From positions 1-59,978 of IMG/VR virus record IMGVR_UViG_3300036781_000826: a stretch of 59,978 nucleotides of DNA. One strand, given 5' to 3'. This document shows positions 18,452-28,268 of the stretch, one piece after another; positions within the stretch are counted from its first letter, which is position 1; each line of letters starts with the position of its first letter. Position numbers and translations under genes: made by a program. The notes under the pieces are model-generated. The model did not search any database and was not told where the DNA came from. It was given only the letters and a program-made list of their open reading frames with translations. This DNA is from a virus (lineage: Duplodnaviria > Caudoviricetes).

Positions 18452-18744
18452 AGGCCGACTATTCCGTGAGCGTCCCGATGGCCAGCGCGCGCACTGCTCG
18501 CGCCGGGCTGATGGAGGCGCGGGCCAAGGTCGCCTTCTGGGACGTGCCGGTCGAGATGGCGCTCGCGTGCTCGTCGTCGGCGTTCAAGTCGGTGATCTGG
18601 GCGCGCTACGGCCAGGGCGAACATCCCGCGCCGAACGCGCGGGTGATCGTCAGCGGCAGCCGCTTCTTCGCGACGATCTCCTTTCCCGGTCATCACGACA
18701 TGCACCTGCCGCTCGACTGCTGGACGATGGAGAATGGGCGGTGA
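18448..18744 (+). CDS. Hypothetical protein
   Basis: Coupled ORF. Confidence 0.55.
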   Translation: MKADYSVSVPMASARTARAGLMEARAKVAFWDVPVEMALACSSSAFKSVIWARYGQGEHPAPNARVIVSGSRFFATISFPGHHDMHLPLDCWTMENGR

Positions 18745-21257
18745 GCGGCGCCTATCAGTCCTTCCTTGAGCAGAAGGCGATCGCCGCGCCGTCGACGGGC
18801 TTTCACGTCGAGCAGGACGACCTGCATCCATGGCTCAAGCCGCACTGCCGGGCCATCGTGCAATGGGGCTTGGCCGGCGGCTCGCGCGCCTATTTCACGG
18901 CCTATGGACTGCACAAGACCTCGATGCAACTGGAGAGCCTGCGTCAGATCGTGAAGCGTGAGGGGGGCCCGGCGCTGCAGGTCGCGCCGCTCGGGGTTCG
19001 CCAGGAATTCATCGACGAAGCCGTCAACCTGCAGATGGACCTGCCGTTCATCCGTTCAGAGGCAGAAATCCGCGACAACCAGGTGAACCTGGTCAACTAC
19101 GAGACGATCCGCGACGGCAAGATCGACCCGGCGCTGTTCACTGCCGCCAGCCTGGATGAGGCGGACGTTCTTCGCTCCTACGGGTCGAAGACCTTCCAGG
19201 AGTTCCTGCCCGCCTTTGAGCCTGTCAGGTTCAAGTTTGTCGCGACGGCGACGCCTTCGCCGAACCGCTTCAAGGAACTGATCCACTACGCCGGATTCCT
19301 GGGGGTCTGCGACACTGGCCATGCCCTGACGAGGTTCTTCCAGCGCAACAGCGAAAAGGCCAACGACCTCACGCTCTACCCCCACAAGGAGGACGAGTTC
19401 TGGTTGTGGGTTTCGACCTGGGCCATCTTCCTTCAGAAGCCTAGCGACCTCGGCTTCAGCGACGTCGGCTACGAACTGCCTGAGCTCGAAGTCCGCTGGC
19501 ACGAAGTCCAGGCCAATATCGGCGACGCCGGCGCGGACAGTCGCGGCCAGATGAAGCTGATGCGCGACGCTGCAGTCGGCCTTCAGGATGCGGCCCGCGA
19601 GAAGCGCGACACGCTTCCGGTGCGGATCGCCAAGCTGAAGGAGCTGCGGGAAGCGGAGCCCGAGAACCACTTCATCCTCTGGCACGACCTGGAGGATGAG
19701 CGCCGTGCGATCGAGCAGGCGTTGCCGACCGTCCAGTCGGTCTATGGGACCCAGGACCTGAACGAACGTGAGGCCGTCGTCCGCGGCTTCAAGAACGGAA
19801 CGGTCACTGACCTAGCCGCCAAGCCCGTGATGCTGGGCGCCGGCGGCAACCTCCAGCGGCACTGCCACCGCGCGATCTTCGCCGGCATCGGCCACAAGTT
19901 CCGCGACATCGCCCAGGCTTGGCACCGCATCCAGCGGTTCGGCCAGACGGAGAAGGTGGTGATCGACATGATCTACGCCGAGACCGAGCGGGAGGTCCGG
20001 CGGAGCTTCGAAGCTAAATGGGCGCGCGACACCGAGTTGCGCGCCCGCATGACCGAGATCATCCGCAAATACGGCCTCGGCCGGCTGGCACCAGAAGAGG
20101 CGATGCGCCGAAGCATCGGCGTCAAGCGCCAGATCCAAAGCGGTGAGGCGTGGACCGCCGTCCTGAACGACAGCGTGGCCGAGTGCGCGAGCCTGCCGAG
20201 CGACCATTTCGGGCTCATCGTCACCTCCGTCCCTTTCGGAACGCAGTACGAGTACTGCGAGAGCTACAACGATTTCGGCCACAACGAGGACAACGCGGCC
20301 TTCTTCCTACAGATGGACTTCCTGACGCCGGAGCTGCTCAGGATCCTGCGGCCCGGCCGGGTCCTGGCCGTCCACGTCAAGGACCGCATTCTGTTCGGCA
20401 ACGTGACGGGGCTAGGCTTCCCGACCGTCGAGCCCTTCCACGCCGACTGCATCGCCCACTACCGGCGCCATGGCTTCCACCTCATGGCCGTCCGCCCGGT
20501 GGAGACGGACGTCGTCCGCGAGAACAACCAGACCTACCGCCTCGGCTATTCCGAGATGCGCAAGGACGCGACGAAGATGGGGTCCGGCTCGCCGGAATAC
20601 ATCCTGTTCTTCCGCAAAGCCCAGACCGATCTCTCGCGCGGCTACGCGGACGATCCGGTGACCAAGCGGCTGGACGATTACAGCCTCGCGCGCTGGCAGA
20701 TCGATGCGGCGGCCTACTGGCGCTCCGGCGGCGACCGATACATGACCGCCGACGAGCTGGCGGCCCTTCCGCCGAAGATGCTCCAGCGCGCGTTCCGAGA
20801 GCAGTCGGGGAGGGTCGTCTACGATCACGACGACCATGTCCGCCTGGCGGAGGCCCTGGCCAAGCGAGGCGCGCTTCCCAAGACCTTCGCCGCGCTGGCG
20901 CTGGAATCGCCCACCGGCGTGGTGTGGACTGACATCCTGCGCATGGCGACCCTGAACGCCGACCAGTCTATGGGCGGCCGGGAAAAGCACGTCTGCCCGC
21001 TGCAGATCGACATCGTCGACCGCATCATCCGCTTCTGTTCCGACCGCGGCGACCTCGTGTTCGACCCCTTCGCCGGCTTGGGAACGGTTCCCGTCCGGGC
21101 CGTGACCCTCGGGCGCCGCGGCTATGGATCTGAGCTCAACGAGCAGTACTTCCGCGACAGCCTACGCTACCTGATGGCGGCGGAGTTCGAAGCCCGTCAG
21201 CCGACGCTCTTCGACATCCTGGACGCCGGCCGCAACATCGACGCGGAGGCAGCATGA
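18741..21257 (+). CDS. SF2-helicase-like / N4-N6 DNA methyltransferase fusion
   Basis: YGLHKT, LDEA, TATP, RIQRFGQ; then TSVPF, HVCPLQ, DPFAGLGT. Confidence 0.88.
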   Translation: MSGAYQSFLEQKAIAAPSTGFHVEQDDLHPWLKPHCRAIVQWGLAGGSRAYFTAYGLHKTSMQLESLRQIVKREGGPALQVAPLGVRQEFIDEAVNLQMDLPFIRSEAEIRDNQVNLVNYETIRDGKIDPALFTAASLDEADVLRSYGSKTFQEFLPAFEPVRFKFVATATPSPNRFKELIHYAGFLGVCDTGHALTRFFQRNSEKANDLTLYPHKEDEFWLWVSTWAIFLQKPSDLGFSDVGYELPELEVRWHEVQANIGDAGADSRGQMKLMRDAAVGLQDAAREKRDTLPVRIAKLKELREAEPENHFILWHDLEDERRAIEQALPTVQSVYGTQDLNEREAVVRGFKNGTVTDLAAKPVMLGAGGNLQRHCHRAIFAGIGHKFRDIAQAWHRIQRFGQTEKVVIDMIYAETEREVRRSFEAKWARDTELRARMTEIIRKYGLGRLAPEEAMRRSIGVKRQIQSGEAWTAVLNDSVAECASLPSDHFGLIVTSVPFGTQYEYCESYNDFGHNEDNAAFFLQMDFLTPELLRILRPGRVLAVHVKDRILFGNVTGLGFPTVEPFHADCIAHYRRHGFHLMAVRPVETDVVRENNQTYRLGYSEMRKDATKMGSGSPEYILFFRKAQTDLSRGYADDPVTKRLDDYSLARWQIDAAAYWRSGGDRYMTADELAALPPKMLQRAFREQSGRVVYDHDDHVRLAEALAKRGALPKTFAALALESPTGVVWTDILRMATLNADQSMGGREKHVCPLQIDIVDRIIRFCSDRGDLVFDPFAGLGTVPVRAVTLGRRGYGSELNEQYFRDSLRYLMAAEFEARQPTLFDILDAGRNIDAEAA

Positions 21258-23836
21258 ACCTCGCGCTGCACCCTAACCACCCCGATGCCCAGGTAGAGCA
21301 CCTGCCGGCAAATATTGATGCCGAGCAGGCGCTGCTGGGCGCGCTGCTCTACGACAACGCGGCCTACGAGCGTATCGGCGACCACCTGCGGCCGACCCAC
21401 TTCTACGATCCGTTCCACCAGCGCCTGTTCGCAGCAATCGAGACCGACCTGCGGAAGGGCCAACTCGCCGAGCCAATCCTCATCAGCGAGCGCTTCCATG
21501 CCGACGAAGGCTTCGAGCAACTCGGGGGCGTGCGCTACCTCGCCGACCTGGTCGATCGCGCCCCGCCGGCCGCCAATGCAGCGCAATATGCCCGCGCGGT
21601 GTACGACCTGGCCATTCGGCGGGATCTGATCAGGCTCTCCGGCGAGATCGCACTCCGTGCCCGCGCCGGCGGCGATGACGAGCTCGACGGACGCGCCCAG
21701 GTCGAAGCCGCGGAGGCTGACCTCTTCCGCATGGTGCAGACCGAAGGCGCCGGCCAGGGCTTCCAGACCTTCGAGCATTACCTCACCGGCGCCGTGCAGA
21801 TGGCTGCGGAGGCCTATAGCCGCGACGGCGGCCTTTCCGGGCTCTCCACCGGCCTGCTCGACCTCGATCAGAAGCTCGGGGGCTTGCACGCCTCGGACCT
21901 GATCATCATCGCCGCCAGGCCCTCCATGGGGAAAGCCCAGCCGCTCGACGCTGGCGTCTTGCTCGCCGATGGCCGGTTCATGGCGATGGGCAGCCTGCGC
22001 ATGGGCGACCAACTGGCGTCCGTGGATGGGGAACCTTCGACCGTCACAGGCGTGCACCCCCAGGGCGAGAAGGAAATCTTCCGGGTCACGCTCTCCGATG
22101 GCCGCTCGGCGGAAGCCTGCGCCGATCACCTGTGGCGCGTCTGCTACCGCGGCTGGCCGGAGCCCCGCATCCTGAAGACGTCCGAGATCGCCGACATGCT
22201 GGAGCGCTCGCGGTATCGCGACCGGCTCTGGATCGACAGCCACAGCGGGGACTTCGGTGACCGCGCAGGCTTGCGTCTGGACCCCTACGTGCTTGGCGCA
22301 CTGATCGGAGACGGCAAGCTCAGCGATAGGACTCCGGTCATCACCTCGATCGATCCCGAAGTGATCACCGAGATGAACCGCAGGCTGGCACCCGACATGG
22401 AGGCCGGCCGAGCCTGGAACGACATCACCTTCCGCGTCCGTACCATCGGCGGCGGCAACCGCGTCGGCGTGCAGGGAATGGTCCCCAACCGGGTCACGGC
22501 GGCACTTGAGGCCATGGGCCTGCACGGCTGCCGCAGCGAGGACAAGTTCATCCCGCCCGAATACCTGAGCGCCTGCCGCGCCGCACGCCTGGCGCTTCTG
22601 CGCGGGCTTCTCGACACTGACGGCTGGGTTGAGACCTTCGGCGCCGTGCGGTTCTGCACGACGAGCCCTCGCCTCGCGCGAGATGTCGTTGACCTCGTCC
22701 GGTCGCTCGGCGGCCGGGCCGGTGTCGGCAAGAGGGCACCGTTCTACCGAAAGGACGGCGAGTGCCGCGAAGGGCTGCCAGCGTTCACCCTGAACATCCA
22801 AGGTCTCGCCGGCGATGACCTCTTCATGATCCGTCGCAAGGCCATCCGCGTCGCGCCCCCGAAGCGGGTCAAGCGCCTCACGATCGCCGCGGTGACCTAC
22901 GGCCGCAAGGCCCAGGCTCAGTGCATCACTGTCAGCCACCCGAGCCGCCTCTACATCACCGACGACTACGTCGTGACCCACAACTCCGCGCTGGCCTGCA
23001 ACATCGCCTTCGACGTCGCCAAGCACTACGTCTGGGAACCCCAGCCAGACGGATCGAGGAAGACGGTACGGGGTGGGGTGGTGGCCTTCTTCAGCCTGGA
23101 GATGGGCGGCGAGCAGTTGGCGATGCGCCTGCTGGCCGAGGTCTCCGGCGTGTCGAGCGATCGCCTCCGCAAAGGCGACATCAATCCCCAAGAATTCGGC
23201 CGGATCCGCGACGCGGCAACGGAGATCCAGAACGCGCCGCTGCACATCGACGCCACCGGCGGACTGGCGCTCTCCAAGCTGTGCACCCGGGCCCGCCGGC
23301 TGAAGCGAACGGTTGGCCTCGACCTTGTCGTGGTGGACTACCTGCAGCTCATCGACAGCGGCATCGGCGGCAGGGACAACCGGGTCCAGCAAGTCAGCCT
23401 CATCACCTCCACGCTCAAAGCGCTCGCCAAGGAGTTGGCGATCCCGGTGATTGCGCTGGCCCAGCTCTCCCGCAACGTCGAAAGCCGCGACGACAAGAAG
23501 CCCCAGCTCTCCGACCTGCGGGAATCCGGCTCCATCGAGCAGGATGCCGACGTGGTGATGTTCATCTACCGCGAGGCCTACTACCTGAGCCGCACCGAAC
23601 CGCGCGAGGGCACCGACGAGCACCTGAAGTGGCGCGAGGAGATGGACCAAGTCAGCGGGCTCGCCGACATCATCATCGGCAAGCAGCGGCACGGCCCGAT
23701 CGGGAACATCAAGGTCTCGTACAACGAGGACCTGACGAAGTTCGGCAACCTGGTGCGCGACGCCGGGCGCTACGAGGCGCACCGGCAACGCCTCGACTTC
23801 GACCAGCCTCGATATGCGCCGGGGGTGGAAGACTGA
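21254..23836 (+). CDS. dnaB: Replicative DNA helicase DnaB with intein
   Basis: AEQALLG; ARPSMGK|S; FSLEM; VVDYLQL; LSDLRESGSIEQDAD; KQRHGP. Confidence 0.96.
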   Translation: MNLALHPNHPDAQVEHLPANIDAEQALLGALLYDNAAYERIGDHLRPTHFYDPFHQRLFAAIETDLRKGQLAEPILISERFHADEGFEQLGGVRYLADLVDRAPPAANAAQYARAVYDLAIRRDLIRLSGEIALRARAGGDDELDGRAQVEAAEADLFRMVQTEGAGQGFQTFEHYLTGAVQMAAEAYSRDGGLSGLSTGLLDLDQKLGGLHASDLIIIAARPSMGKAQPLDAGVLLADGRFMAMGSLRMGDQLASVDGEPSTVTGVHPQGEKEIFRVTLSDGRSAEACADHLWRVCYRGWPEPRILKTSEIADMLERSRYRDRLWIDSHSGDFGDRAGLRLDPYVLGALIGDGKLSDRTPVITSIDPEVITEMNRRLAPDMEAGRAWNDITFRVRTIGGGNRVGVQGMVPNRVTAALEAMGLHGCRSEDKFIPPEYLSACRAARLALLRGLLDTDGWVETFGAVRFCTTSPRLARDVVDLVRSLGGRAGVGKRAPFYRKDGECREGLPAFTLNIQGLAGDDLFMIRRKAIRVAPPKRVKRLTIAAVTYGRKAQAQCITVSHPSRLYITDDYVVTHNSALACNIAFDVAKHYVWEPQPDGSRKTVRGGVVAFFSLEMGGEQLAMRLLAEVSGVSSDRLRKGDINPQEFGRIRDAATEIQNAPLHIDATGGLALSKLCTRARRLKRTVGLDLVVVDYLQLIDSGIGGRDNRVQQVSLITSTLKALAKELAIPVIALAQLSRNVESRDDKKPQLSDLRESGSIEQDADVVMFIYREAYYLSRTEPREGTDEHLKWREEMDQVSGLADIIIGKQRHGPIGNIKVSYNEDLTKFGNLVRDAGRYEAHRQRLDFDQPRYAPGVED
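21935..22984 (+). mobile_element. Class 3 intein (Ala1, 350 aa) with LAGLIDADG endonuclease
   Basis: Starts AQPLD after P-loop GK, ends VVTHN/S; LGALIGDG and LRGLLDTDG; W-C-T triplet. Confidence 0.92.
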
Positions 23837-24300
23837 TGGCCCGCCCTACGCCCTATCTGCTGATCAACAGGAACGTCTTTGCGCAGCTGTCCGTCGACTT
23901 CACCGCTGAGGAAATCGGCCACGCGATGAAGCTGCTGGCGTGGCTCGCGAGGGGCCGGGAACGGGCCACGGAGCGGCAGCGGGCCAACGTCTGCGGCCTA
24001 GGCTTGACGGCGTGGAGCAACCGCCGCGCGGGCATCATGGGCGCGCTGAAGGTCTTGATCGAAAACAGCGAGCCCCGGGTGCGCGCTGGCCGGCCGCCGA
24101 TCTCCAAGGCGCGGCGCCAAGCGATCCTGGCGCGAGATGGCGCGGTATGCCGCTATTGCGGCGACACCGAAGGGCCGTTCCACGTCGACCACATCAAGCC
24201 GCTCGCGCGCGGTGGATCGAACCGCGACCAGAATCTTGGCGTCGCGTGCGCTGCCTGCAATTTCGCCAAGGCCGCAAAGCTCGTGGCGGAGTGGCTCTGA
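23836..24300 (+). CDS. HNH endonuclease
   Basis: CRYC...HVDHIKP..RGGSN...NL...C..CN..K. Confidence 0.9.
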   Translation: MARPTPYLLINRNVFAQLSVDFTAEEIGHAMKLLAWLARGRERATERQRANVCGLGLTAWSNRRAGIMGALKVLIENSEPRVRAGRPPISKARRQAILARDGAVCRYCGDTEGPFHVDHIKPLARGGSNRDQNLGVACAACNFAKAAKLVAEWL

Positions 24301-25247
24301 TGGCGGGCAAGCCCTGGGGCAAGTTCTATTGGGCCGACTGGCTGTCCGACCCGAAGCTCAAGCTCTGCTCCTTGGAGGCCCAGGGGCTCTGGATGCGCAT
24401 GCTCTGCATCGCGGCCGAAGCGAAGCCGCTGGGCTACGTCGTCCTGGAAGGGAATGCCCTCGGGCCGGTCGATCTGGCCTCGGAATGCGGAAAGCCCCTC
24501 CGCGTCGTGCAAGGGGCGATGGCAGAACTTCAGAAGTGGGGCGTCTTCAGCATCGACCGCCATGGCCGCATCTACAGCCGGCGCATGGTGCAGGACGTCA
24601 AGAAAGCGAAAATCGCGCAGAAAAACGGGAAATCAGGGGGTAACCCAAGCCTCAGTAAAAGCGGCGGAATTTCGCCGTCGGATAACCCCCGCCTTAAAGC
24701 CCAGAAGCCAGAGACCAGAGACCAGAGGAATAGACCCCCAAAGCCCCCTGGGGGGGCCTCTCCAGATTTTGTCGACAAGGCTTTCGATGAAGCCTGGTCA
24801 GCCTTTCCGGCGGAGGGCAGGGCGACCTCGAACCTGGTCAAGTCAAAGGCGGCCTGGATGGCGGCGTTGCCCGCGGCCGGCGGCGTCGAACCTCTGCTTC
24901 GGGCGATCTACGCCTACATCGCCCTGCAGGAGGCTGCGGGCCCGAAGGCGAAATCAGCGCCGGCCTTCCACCGGTGGCTCGCGGACCGCCGGTTCGAAGC
25001 GTTCCCCGGGGCGCTGCGCGGCAAGCAGGATCCGGAGTGGAACGGTCCCGCCGAAATCTGGGAGCTCGTCTCGGCGCCTCCTCGCGGAGAGGCCTTCGCG
25101 AGGTCATGGCTGGCCGCTGTCCGGTGGCAGGAATCACCGGTCAAGGCGCTCCTCAGCGCCAGCCAGACGACCATCAAGAAGCTGCGAGACGAGATCGGTC
25201 CTGAACTTGATCGGCGCGGAATCCAACTCCTGGAACGCGTGGCATGA
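24300..25247 (+). CDS. Phage replication initiator
   Basis: KFYWADWLSDP.L..CSL.A.GLW..MLC; IYSRRMV; FDEAW..FP. Confidence 0.75.
   Translation: MAGKPWGKFYWADWLSDPKLKLCSLEAQGLWMRMLCIAAEAKPLGYVVLEGNALGPVDLASECGKPLRVVQGAMAELQKWGVFSIDRHGRIYSRRMVQDVKKAKIAQKNGKSGGNPSLSKSGGISPSDNPRLKAQKPETRDQRNRPPKPPGGASPDFVDKAFDEAWSAFPAEGRATSNLVKSKAAWMAALPAAGGVEPLLRAIYAYIALQEAAGPKAKSAPAFHRWLADRRFEAFPGALRGKQDPEWNGPAEIWELVSAPPRGEAFARSWLAAVRWQESPVKALLSASQTTIKKLRDEIGPELDRRGIQLLERVA
24701..24727 (+). repeat. 7-bp tandem repeat CCAGA(G/A)(A/G) in initiator linker
   Basis: ccagaag ccagaga ccagaga ccagag. Confidence 0.8.
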
Positions 25248-25465
25248 GCGAGCGCGCATTCGTCACTCGAGCCGAGGCCGCTGCGCCAGACCGACACCTG
25301 GTCAGGATCATGGCCAGCGCCCACCACGAGGCAGATCGGTTCGCCGGCTGCCAGCGGCCGGAGTTCGAGAAGACCTTCCCCGAATGGCAAGACAGCGCCT
25401 GCCGCGCCATGGCAGCCGCGCTTCTCGCCGCAGAAGCCGCCGGATACAGGATCACCAGGGCATGA
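25244..25465 (+). CDS. Hypothetical protein
   Basis: ATGA-coupled. Confidence 0.55.
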   Translation: MSERAFVTRAEAAAPDRHLVRIMASAHHEADRFAGCQRPEFEKTFPEWQDSACRAMAAALLAAEAAGYRITRA

Positions 25466-25728
25466 GTACCGCGTCCACGGCCGGACGGCCGACCACCATC
25501 GACGATGCGGGGCCGACGGTCGCGGCGACCACGCTCTCCGGCGCCGAGCAACGGGTGTTCGCGGCCTGCAAAGCCTTCAGCGCCGCGGCGGATGCGGTCG
25601 AGCGCCACAGCGGTCCCAGGGCCGGCGAAGGCTACGATGAGAAGATGAAAACCTGGCGCGAAGCCTACGCGAGCTGGCGTCAAGCGATGCTGGCCTTTGC
25701 GAGGGCCTCGAAGGGAGAAGCGGCGTGA
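25462..25728 (+). CDS. Hypothetical protein
   Basis: ATGA-coupled. Confidence 0.55.
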   Translation: MSTASTAGRPTTIDDAGPTVAATTLSGAEQRVFAACKAFSAAADAVERHSGPRAGEGYDEKMKTWREAYASWRQAMLAFARASKGEAA

Positions 25729-26843
25729 AGCACCAGCAGCCCGAGATCATGCGCCTGGGCGCCGAGGTGGTGATCAACCCCGCCGGAAACCGCGTCCCCG
25801 CCGACGTCTGGGCGGACCTGGCCACCCTCATCCTCCTCGAGCCGGAGCCTTCGCTCTGCCGCGTCTGGGTCGGCCGCATCGAAGACAAGCTCGGTGTCAA
25901 CGATCAGCACCGCCAGGCGGTCGCCATGCGCGAGGAGCGCGCGGTCGAAAGCTCGGCCGACAAGCGCCGCCGGCTACTGGACGAAAGCCGGCGCGCCTCG
26001 ATGCTCGGCCAGCCGATGCCGGACCACACCCTGGCCGGCGCCATCGAGCAGCGGGTCACCAAGGCCGCAGCCAAGCGCGCGCGGGCCGCGGCGCTGCGGG
26101 AGGAGCACCCTAAGAAAAACCGCACGACCGCGAAGAAGCTGGAGCGCGAGGCGGACAAGCTGGACGAGGAGGTGCTGAAGCTCCGGGCCCAGGAAGCGCG
26201 CCACGCCAATTGGGGCGAGGCCAGGGAGCCGATCCTGATGGCGGACCTGCGCGGCGACGCCCTGGAGGTCAAGGAATCGGTGACCGCCGACTTCGCGCTC
26301 GATCGCTACGGCGCCAGGATCATCGAGGATGGCCTGCCGGCGCTGGTCTATTCGACCGGCACCCGGGCAAAGCGCCTGACCGGGATCGAGCACGCCTACG
26401 CAGCAGAGTACTTGGTTGGCGGCCGGCTGCGGTCCGACACCTTGCTGCGGATCGGCCAGGACTACCGCGAGGCCTATATCATCGCGGAAGGGCAAAGCTC
26501 CGCCGGCGGGGGCGAAGGTGGCGGCGGGTTCGGCCCAAAGGCGCCGCAGCCGCGCCTCGTGGAAGCCGGCCAGGAGCTCGACGACATGCGGTCGATGTTG
26601 ACCGGCCGGCAGCGCTCAGTCCTGGACCAGATCTGCGGCAGGGACGCCCGGGCCCGCGAGATCCCCGAGGCGGCCAGCGGTGGAAACTCCCTCCTCGCGG
26701 TCTGCCGAGCACTGCGCGAAGGCTTGTTCGCCGCTGCCGAAGGTCGGAAGGTGGCGGCCGCCAGGCGCAAAGAGCTTGGCGGGGAGAGCGTCGGCGCGAG
26801 GGTGCGCGCAGCCTCCAGGGTGCTTGGGCGCATGAGGACCTGA
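25725..26843 (+). CDS. Putative late-gene transcriptional regulator
   Basis: Last large gene before packaging module; C-terminal sigma-region-4-like helices (LTGRQRSVLDQICG). Confidence 0.5.
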   Translation: MKHQQPEIMRLGAEVVINPAGNRVPADVWADLATLILLEPEPSLCRVWVGRIEDKLGVNDQHRQAVAMREERAVESSADKRRRLLDESRRASMLGQPMPDHTLAGAIEQRVTKAAAKRARAAALREEHPKKNRTTAKKLEREADKLDEEVLKLRAQEARHANWGEAREPILMADLRGDALEVKESVTADFALDRYGARIIEDGLPALVYSTGTRAKRLTGIEHAYAAEYLVGGRLRSDTLLRIGQDYREAYIIAEGQSSAGGGEGGGGFGPKAPQPRLVEAGQELDDMRSMLTGRQRSVLDQICGRDARAREIPEAASGGNSLLAVCRALREGLFAAAEGRKVAAARRKELGGESVGARVRAASRVLGRMRT

Positions 26844-27085
26844 TGACGACTGACGACCTACCGATGATCAATCCGAGCGCCGAGGACTTATGGCATCGCC
26901 TCGAAGGTCATCGGGCAGCGCGCCGTGAACCGCGGACGATCAGTATGTCGCCTGAGACCTGGGAGCGTCTATCGGACCATGCGTTGGCCCTGAGGGTCAG
27001 CGAAACGGAGCTGCTGTTCGACAAAGTTCCCGTCCGGCTTTACCAGGGCCAGCTCGGCGTGGCGATCGCCTACACACAGCGTTAG
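26843..27085 (+). CDS. Hypothetical protein
   Basis: TGATG-coupled. Confidence 0.5.
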   Translation: MTTDDLPMINPSAEDLWHRLEGHRAARREPRTISMSPETWERLSDHALALRVSETELLFDKVPVRLYQGQLGVAIAYTQR

Positions 27086-27321
27086 CGCGGAATGCCGCTG
27101 GGGGGCAGCGCGCCCCTGACCATCATCTGAACGGCCGTGGCGATCGCCCAGGGGATCGGCTGGGTGCGCGCCCGCTCATAGTCGCGGATTAGCTCACCAG
27201 GATCACGCGCCCGGTTGCCCAGCGCCCGTCCAAGCTCGGTCGCGAACACCGCCCGCTCCAAGCCCCAGAGCTCGCCCAGAGCGATGCGAGCCTTCCTGAG
27301 ATCGTTCCCGGTCATCGCCAA
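27082..27321 (-). CDS. Small XRE-like HTH protein
   Basis: MTG.DLR.AR..LG...ELGRALG...I..YER...IP. Confidence 0.7.
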   Translation of the reverse strand: MAMTGNDLRKARIALGELWGLERAVFATELGRALGNRARDPGELIRDYERARTQPIPWAIATAVQMMVRGALPPSGIPR

Positions 27322-27549
27322 CCCCGTGTCGAATTAGGTCTCTAACCGTATTCGACTTAGTGAGGAATTACGGTCCAAGACCCGATCCTCGCGCGCGCAT
27401 GAGGCGGCGAAATTCTAGTTGCCGACTGTCCGGAAATCGCAGACCACCTAGGCACGGTTGAGCTGGTGCGCCTGGGGCGTCCGCCGGCCCCTCCCTCGCC
27501 ATAGCGACCAGACCGGACTCCCGCGGCTGAGAAGCCATCCCGGCGACCG

Positions 27550-27663
27550 ATGATCCTGCTCATGGATCGCCGCACCGTCGCCACCCAATTCGTCATCGCC
27601 GTTCTGAAGGGCGCGATCAGCCTCGGCTTTGCCGGACTGCGCCACTGGCTCGGCCTGACGTGA
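27550..27663 (+). CDS. 37-aa hydrophobic peptide (MILLMDRRTVATQF...)
   Basis: Short ORF with host-like codon usage before terminase. Confidence 0.3.
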   Translation: MILLMDRRTVATQFVIAVLKGAISLGFAGLRHWLGLT

Positions 27664-27797
27664 CCCCTTCGCCCGCCGGAGCGCTGCCCAAGCCCGCCAC
27701 CGAGGCCATGCCGTTCCCCATAGAGGGATCGGCCCCGCCATTGCGAAAACCTGCAGCAGACGACCGCGCGGGCGATCCCATCGAACCTGAGGGACAT

Positions 27798-28265
27798 ATG
27801 AGCGACCAGCCTGACGCCCAAGCCGGCCAGCGGCGTCCGACTGACCAAGACCTCCAGCCGCTGTTGGAGCGCATCTGGAACGGCGCCAGCCTGCGGGCTG
27901 CCTGCCGAGAACTCGGACTTCATGCGCCGGCGACGAGCGACTGGCTCTACGCCGACGACGGCCGGAGCGAACAATACGCCCGCGCGCGCGAGGGTCGCGC
28001 TGAGTGCCAACAGGAAGAAGCTTTGGAGGTGTCGCGCGCGGCTGCGACGGGCTCCACCATCGAGGTCGACGGCGAATACCGCAAGGTCGACGCCGCCGGC
28101 GCGCGGGTGCTGCTCGACGCGATCAAGTGGGCGTCGGCCCGCATGGCGCCCAAGACCGCGCCTGTTCAGCGTATCGACCTCACCAGCCGCACCCGGCAGA
28201 TGAGCGACGCCGAAATCGAGGACGAGATCGCGGCGCGCGAGGCGCGTGCGACAGACGAAGCCTGA
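27798..28265 (+). CDS. Terminase small subunit
   Basis: G.SLR..C...WL...QYARARE...D.IKW...RMAPK; upstream of TerL. Confidence 0.85.
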   Translation: MSDQPDAQAGQRRPTDQDLQPLLERIWNGASLRAACRELGLHAPATSDWLYADDGRSEQYARAREGRAECQQEEALEVSRAAATGSTIEVDGEYRKVDAAGARVLLDAIKWASARMAPKTAPVQRIDLTSRTRQMSDAEIEDEIAAREARATDEA

Positions 28266-28268
28266 TCC

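Noticed and set aside
21197-23788. 863-aa ORF antisense to dnaB (likewise 31771-33618, 27357-28862, 53859-55418, 42360-43628)
   Set aside because: Shadow ORFs expected from high-GC codon bias opposite well-supported genes; no recognisable motifs.
18741-24300. Restriction-modification system from MTase plus HNH nucleases
   Set aside because: The HNH genes are typical free-standing phage types in a replication operon, not paired with the MTase.
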